Shown in pieces: positions 33,715 to 37,686 of a stretch of 37,686 nucleotides of DNA. A program made the position numbers and the translations under genes. The notes under the pieces were generated by a model that did no database searches, had not been told where the DNA came from, and saw only the letters and a program-made list of their open reading frames with translations. The DNA comes from Bacteroidales bacterium (GTDB lineage Bacteria > Bacteroidota > Bacteroidia > Bacteroidales > WCHB1-69): assembly GCA_031285725.1 (NCBI GenBank), contig JAITVP010000173.1, positions 1 to 37,686 of the forward strand, in the 5' to 3' direction. The stretch's first letter is position 1; the number at the start of each line of letters is the position of its first letter.

Positions 33715-34809
33715 TTAACGGTTCATCATTAATTGTTTCCCGTTTTGCCATGCCAGCATTAGCAATATCGGAATAATTGCCCAGTCGAAGATTTGAAAGC
33801 CGGTAATCCAAATGAGTATAGTTAACCCAATGGTTGATAGGAAGATAATCGGTAACCATTTGTTGGATTTGTTTTTGAGGATGAAGGGTAAATAGATAAA
33901 ATACAGTGGATTGCACCATAGGATATTGAAATTCTGTTTCACCTCAGTATGCAACGAGAAAATGTTTAGCACCAATAACAGCAATCCTACCAATCCGATG
34001 ATCGAAAAGAGAGTGATCGGGAGTCCTTTATGCTTGATAAATAGCGATATAATAAACAAAATGGAGAAGATAAAAAATGGCGAATACCACCAATCAGATT
34101 TGTATTCACGTTCGGTGATGCTATTGAGCACATGTTCTTCCGCAATGACGTTTCCGATTTCCTGATCCGCTTTTTCCAGTTCATCATGCAGATCATCAGG
34201 GAGGAACATACTGCGGTAGGTATTACTCGGTTTGTCGATAGTTCGACCTAGTGCCAAATTGATGCCAAGCCGCAACCATTTGTGATGAGGAAGATAAGAC
34301 TCTATCAAGTCCCTTTCCGACAGAGAGATAGATTCTATTTTGAAATTAATGCCGGCTTCCGTCAAAATATCCCGTATTTCCGTGGCGCAGTTTTTCTCAA
34401 TGAAGGCGTAACGGTAATATCGGTTTTCGGGCTGATAGAGGAAGTCTAACTTGCGAAGAATCGTCTCTTTTTGAGCATCCGTCAAATTGAGGACTTGCTC
34501 GGTGACGAGTCGGTTATCGTATGTGTATTCCATCGCAAAATGATCCGTTTGTTGCACACCCAAGCAGTAGAGCAATGTGCCTTTTGCGAATTTGAAGGCG
34601 AAATAGTCGGTACTGAAGTCAAACATCCCGAAATTGAACACCAGATCCAGATCGGACTCTTGCTGTTTTACTCGGATGGCGGTGTGTCCGAAAACCGAAT
34701 AAATCTCATCACCCGTTGAGCAAGTGAGAATTGAAATCTGATAGTTATTTTCCGCTAACGCAAACGTTTGTAAGCAGATAGCCAAGAGGAGAAAATATAA
34801 TTTTTTCAT
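33715..34809 (-). CDS. DUF4105-domain membrane protein (Lnb-like, lipoprotein N-acyltransferase family of Bacteroidetes)
   Basis: The internal ATG at 34809 gives signal peptide MKKLYFLLLAICLQTFALA and lies 16 nt after a -7 box. The periplasmic block ISILTCSTGDEIYSVFGHTAIRV...FNFGMFDF...FAFKFAKG is typical of DUF4105, and C-terminal TM helices follow. Confidence 0.7.
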   Translation of the reverse strand: MKKLYFLLLAICLQTFALAENNYQISILTCSTGDEIYSVFGHTAIRVKQQESDLDLVFNFGMFDFSTDYFAFKFAKGTLLYCLGVQQTDHFAMEYTYDNRLVTEQVLNLTDAQKETILRKLDFLYQPENRYYRYAFIEKNCATEIRDILTEAGINFKIESISLSERDLIESYLPHHKWLRLGINLALGRTIDKPSNTYRSMFLPDDLHDELEKADQEIGNVIAEEHVLNSITEREYKSDWWYSPFFIFSILFIISLFIKHKGLPITLFSIIGLVGLLLLVLNIFSLHTEVKQNFNILWCNPLYFIYLPFILKNKSNKWLPIIFLSTIGLTILIWITGFQIFDWAIIPILLMLAWQNGKQLMMNR

Positions 34810-34825
34810 AATTGAAAATTTGAGG

Positions 34826-34833
34826 CAAAAATA
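34826..34833 (-). promoter_or_regulatory. -7 promoter box TAttTTTG
   Basis: The plus strand reads caaaaata, 16 nt upstream of the ATG at 34809. Confidence 0.5.
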
Positions 34834-34932
34834 CAAAATATGGCATATAACGGGACGGATTTTATCCATTTGCCTCTTATTCTGCCGCAATCACCAAGCA
34901 GCCCTCTGTTGGTGCCCGGTTGTAAAGTGTAT

Positions 34933-34990
34933 TTATTACTCATGTTACGCAATCTTATCATAGAATCGTAGCCAATATTACCTTTGCAAA
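34933..34990 (-). repeat. Short interspersed repeat, copy 3 (inverted orientation)
   Basis: The reverse complement tttgcaaaggtaatattggctacgattctatgataagattgcgtaacatgagtaataa aligns with copies 1 and 2 (about 4 mismatches and 1 indel versus copy 1). A degenerate second arm extends to about 35000. Confidence 0.85.
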
Positions 34991-35038
34991 ATGAAAAAGG
35001 AAATGGCCATATATACAGATTTGTCGTAAAAACTTGTG

Positions 35039-37384
35039 TTACTTCTTTTTTCCATGTCGAATCCTTGCCGACAGCGGCAGCACAATGAATACCACCAGGA
35101 TAGATAATACCACCCAGAACACCGAACTGCGAGCAAAGGTAGCGCCATAACTGTGTTGGCCACCGAGAATGTAGTTCACGCCGAAGTAGGTCATCAGGAC
35201 AGAGAGGAAGGCGAAGAGTGTGTAGATGTGGAACGTCAACGGTTTTCGCATGGTGGGGAGGCTGCCAACATGCAGCGCTATCGCATAGACTATCAGGGTG
35301 ATCAATGCCCAGACCTCTTTCGGATCCCACGACCAGTAGATGCCCCAGCTCACCTCGGCCCAAACCGCCCCGACAAAGATGCCTGCCGCCATCAAGAAGA
35401 TAGCCGGATAGAGCAGAATGCGGCTGATAACCGATAGGTGTGTAAGCCGCTGGTTGACTCCGGATAAGGATTTGTTTTTTCCAGAAAGGATGACATGAAA
35501 GAGGGCGGAGATTGAATTAAGTGTTATAAAACCAAAAAGCGTGTAGGCCATCATAACCAACGAGACGTGGGCACTCAGCAAAGGCGAGACAAGAACCGGC
35601 TGTAACTGTGTGATTTGTGGGTTTGAGGCACCCATGCCCGATACCAATAACACCAATCCCGAAAAGATGAATCCGAATGGCAGGAACAAGAAAAATTTGC
35701 GCTGGAATAGAAATGCCAGCAGCATGATGCAAACCGCCAAGAATTGCATCGTTTCATAACCGCCTCCCAATGGAATGTGTCCACTCACGTAACCTCGCAA
35801 CCCTATCAATGTTAGAATGCCAATCCAAGCTATAATGAGTAATATATTCAGTATGAGCGTGATGATCTTTGACGATGATGTGGGAGTTTCATGCTCCTCC
35901 CGCTTTCTTCGGAAGAAATAAATCAGGGCGAAAAATCCTAACAAAATGTTCGCGAATGCGATCGGTTTGGCAATATTCAGATTGTTGTAGAGCCGTTCCG
36001 CTTTGATTTTCCCAGTAGATGGGAGCATATTACCGGCTTTTTTGTACTGGAAAACTTTCAATTTTTCAAGCATTGTTTGTAAACCTGCCATGTCATTTTC
36101 CCTGGCATAATCATGCAATAAGTCAAAATAACCCATGATTAGAAGTTGTTCATTTTGAGGCATGTTGGCAGGTAAATCATCAGCAGGTGAATACCAAATC
36201 AGTTCCCCATTTTCCATTTGCGGGAAGATGGTTAACGGGATGCCCATCCGTAACATAATGATTAGTTGTACTTTCTCATCTGCCGCTATAATATCTTTCA
36301 TCGACTCGAGTTCCTCGCCCGCATGGATTCTGCGGATTGGATCGGCAAGTTTATACTGCACGCTGTCGGTGAAAAAATCGGCGAAAGTGGCGTATTTCCC
36401 ACTAATTCCCAACATTTTCCGAATCTGTTTGTTCTTGATCTTGATCATCGGCTTGCGCATCCAATCTTCGGGATAGAGAATCCAGCTTGAAAGGATTTGC
36501 TCGGAAGTGAGGGAATTGTAAGTTGGTTTCCCATATAATTTTAAAGTGAACTCCTTGGCAAATGTCTGAATCGGTGTGATGCGGTCGTGGTATAACATCT
36601 GTATCTCCCCAAATTTGCGGGCTGTCTCCTTTGACAACACCCGTTCTTCGGCCATTGCGCCGTGGCAAGTCAGGAACATTAGCAACACCATCGCCCCCTT
36701 TTTTAAGGCGGGATGTTTCAACAATTGACGGAATCCGGTGTTTTTCGAAAAGAAAAAGCCGATCATGCCGATCAACAGCAATGCATATCCACCATAGGTT
36801 ACTGGCAATCCAAACCGATCTGTCTTTACCATCAAAATCGATCCCTGCTGATCATGATCATAGCCTGATTGATAAAACCGATATCCATCTTTTGAATAAA
36901 TCTTGTTCATCGAAATCTGTCCAGTGCTTTCCTCTTGATCTTTCCTAATGCTGATCTGGCTCACGTAATCCGAGGGTGCCTGTGTTCCTTCGTAGCAAAT
37001 CACTTGAAACTCCGTCAACGTGATGTCAAACGGCAACGGCTGTTGAGTGTTGGTTTTCTTATTCACGAAAGTGTTAGACGGTTTCCCCATCCGTAGCCGG
37101 ATTGTACCCTGTTTGCTGGTTGTGAACGTCAAAAATGCTCCGAGCAAGATCACCAAAAACGAAACGTGCAGCAAAAAGACTATCGGCCGTTTGTGCATTT
37201 TTTGCCGGATAATGTAGACCAACGCACTGACTGCGATAATAAACCATATTGCTATGAACCACCATGATCCGTAAATGTGGCTTGCTGCAAACGCCGTTCC
37301 GTTGAACCGCTCCATAAATGTCGCCACCGTCAAAATAACAAGCATGACAAGAAGGGAGGAGAAGGTTATGGTTTTGTTTTTCAT
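35039..37384 (-). CDS. ccsA: Fused cytochrome c biogenesis protein CcsBA (System II; ResB-like N-terminal half plus CcsA haem-handling C-terminal half)
   Basis: The 781-aa polytopic protein has the C-terminal W-rich motif WAEVSWGIYWSWDPKEVWALIT (WGxxWxWDPKE) and flanking conserved His (LSAHVSL, IALHVGS). A large soluble loop between N-terminal TM helices resembles ResB/CcsB. Confidence 0.8.
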   Translation of the reverse strand: MKNKTITFSSLLVMLVILTVATFMERFNGTAFAASHIYGSWWFIAIWFIIAVSALVYIIRQKMHKRPIVFLLHVSFLVILLGAFLTFTTSKQGTIRLRMGKPSNTFVNKKTNTQQPLPFDITLTEFQVICYEGTQAPSDYVSQISIRKDQEESTGQISMNKIYSKDGYRFYQSGYDHDQQGSILMVKTDRFGLPVTYGGYALLLIGMIGFFFSKNTGFRQLLKHPALKKGAMVLLMFLTCHGAMAEERVLSKETARKFGEIQMLYHDRITPIQTFAKEFTLKLYGKPTYNSLTSEQILSSWILYPEDWMRKPMIKIKNKQIRKMLGISGKYATFADFFTDSVQYKLADPIRRIHAGEELESMKDIIAADEKVQLIIMLRMGIPLTIFPQMENGELIWYSPADDLPANMPQNEQLLIMGYFDLLHDYARENDMAGLQTMLEKLKVFQYKKAGNMLPSTGKIKAERLYNNLNIAKPIAFANILLGFFALIYFFRRKREEHETPTSSSKIITLILNILLIIAWIGILTLIGLRGYVSGHIPLGGGYETMQFLAVCIMLLAFLFQRKFFLFLPFGFIFSGLVLLVSGMGASNPQITQLQPVLVSPLLSAHVSLVMMAYTLFGFITLNSISALFHVILSGKNKSLSGVNQRLTHLSVISRILLYPAIFLMAAGIFVGAVWAEVSWGIYWSWDPKEVWALITLIVYAIALHVGSLPTMRKPLTFHIYTLFAFLSVLMTYFGVNYILGGQHSYGATFARSSVFWVVLSILVVFIVLPLSARIRHGKKK

Positions 37385-37397
37385 AACTTTGAACAGT

Positions 37398-37568
37398 TTT
37401 TATGGCTTCCAAAAACTTAATCAATGCATTTCGGTCACTTTTGCTCAAATTGCGAAATTTCTCGCGACATTGTTCCGCATCACCGAAATGCCACAAGATT
37501 GCTTCTTCACAGTTGCGGGTGCGGAGATCGTGGAGCATGTTGATATGGCCGGCGCAAATATACGACAA
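37398..37568 (-). pseudogene. Relic of the C-terminus of a DUF1111-like di-haem oxidoreductase/peroxidase
   Basis: ...RNCEEAILWHFGDAEQCREKFRNLSKSDRNALIKFLEAIK resembles the conserved ...EAILWHGGEA....F..LS..ER..L..FL.SL tail. All three frames upstream hit stops, and the frame runs on out of frame into ccsBA. Confidence 0.4.
37555..37562 (-). promoter_or_regulatory. -7 promoter box TAtaTTTG, possibly driving ccsBA
   Basis: The plus strand reads caaatata, 170 nt upstream of the ccsBA ATG. Confidence 0.35.
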
Positions 37569-37686
37569 ACTGCGTATCTATCTACTATGTTCTATGGGGC
37601 AAAGATGCAACAGTTCTATATATGTGAGATAATTATGAGCACTTACTTAAGAATATCCGCTCTCCTCGTCCTTCTCCTTTCCCGAG

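Noticed and set aside
34806-35363. 185-aa minus-strand ORF spanning repeat copy 3
   Set aside because: It overlaps the 3' end of ccsBA in another frame, crosses the repeat and the DUF4105 promoter, and is Gly/Arg/Cys/Leu-rich with no motifs.
37074-37568. 164-aa ORF as a real gene
   Set aside because: Only its first ~57 codons carry a recognisable motif. The remainder is out-of-frame read-through of ccsBA, so it is treated as a relic.
1-37686. CRISPR arrays, rRNA genes, transposases/integrases, riboswitch-like leaders
   Set aside because: No regularly spaced 25-40 nt repeats, no rRNA-like stretches and no recombinase motifs were found in any ORF. Intergenic leaders are short and AT-rich without conserved structured cores that I could recognise by eye.

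Overview
This is a Bacteroidetes-type chromosomal segment. The phylum call rests on TAnnTTTG -7 promoter boxes in front of most genes, a T9SS type-B C-terminal sorting domain protein, a long S16, GH3-family and DUF4105 genes, and the lack of Shine-Dalgarno spacing. Most of the window is housekeeping: an M16 peptidase fragment, rpsP, tRNA-Arg(ACG), upp, ltaE, sufCD, mutS2, ispE, tRNA-Asp(GTC), mreB, rfbB and a fused CcsBA cytochrome c biogenesis protein. It also carries the 5' half of the dcw cluster on the minus strand (mraZ-rsmH-ftsL-ftsI-murE-mraY-[murD remnant]-ftsW). The stand-out region is a roughly 4 kb AT-rich island (about 15.9-19.9 kb) that begins where the dcw cluster should continue into murG/murC/ftsQAZ. 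It holds a compact minus-strand operon: precursor A1, precursor B1, a radical-SAM/SPASM maturase, an FGE/SUMF1-fold protein with a signal sequence, precursor A2, precursor B2. All four small ORFs have double-glycine leaders and conserved Cys frameworks, and they fall into two families, each present twice. I read this as a candidate new RiPP or two-component bacteriocin-like system; novelty cannot be confirmed without database searches. Other notable points follow. MurD is reduced to a free-standing, degenerate C-terminal domain. A roughly 50-66 bp MITE/REP-like repeat occurs three times, and one copy donates the start codon of a truncated, frameshifted tail-fibre-like gene. Three ATGGA boxes lie in exact 10-bp phase upstream of mraZ. 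A relic of a DUF1111-like di-haem protein sits in front of ccsBA. No CRISPR array, rRNA, transposase or integrase gene was seen. All family assignments come from motif recognition by eye, not from searches.
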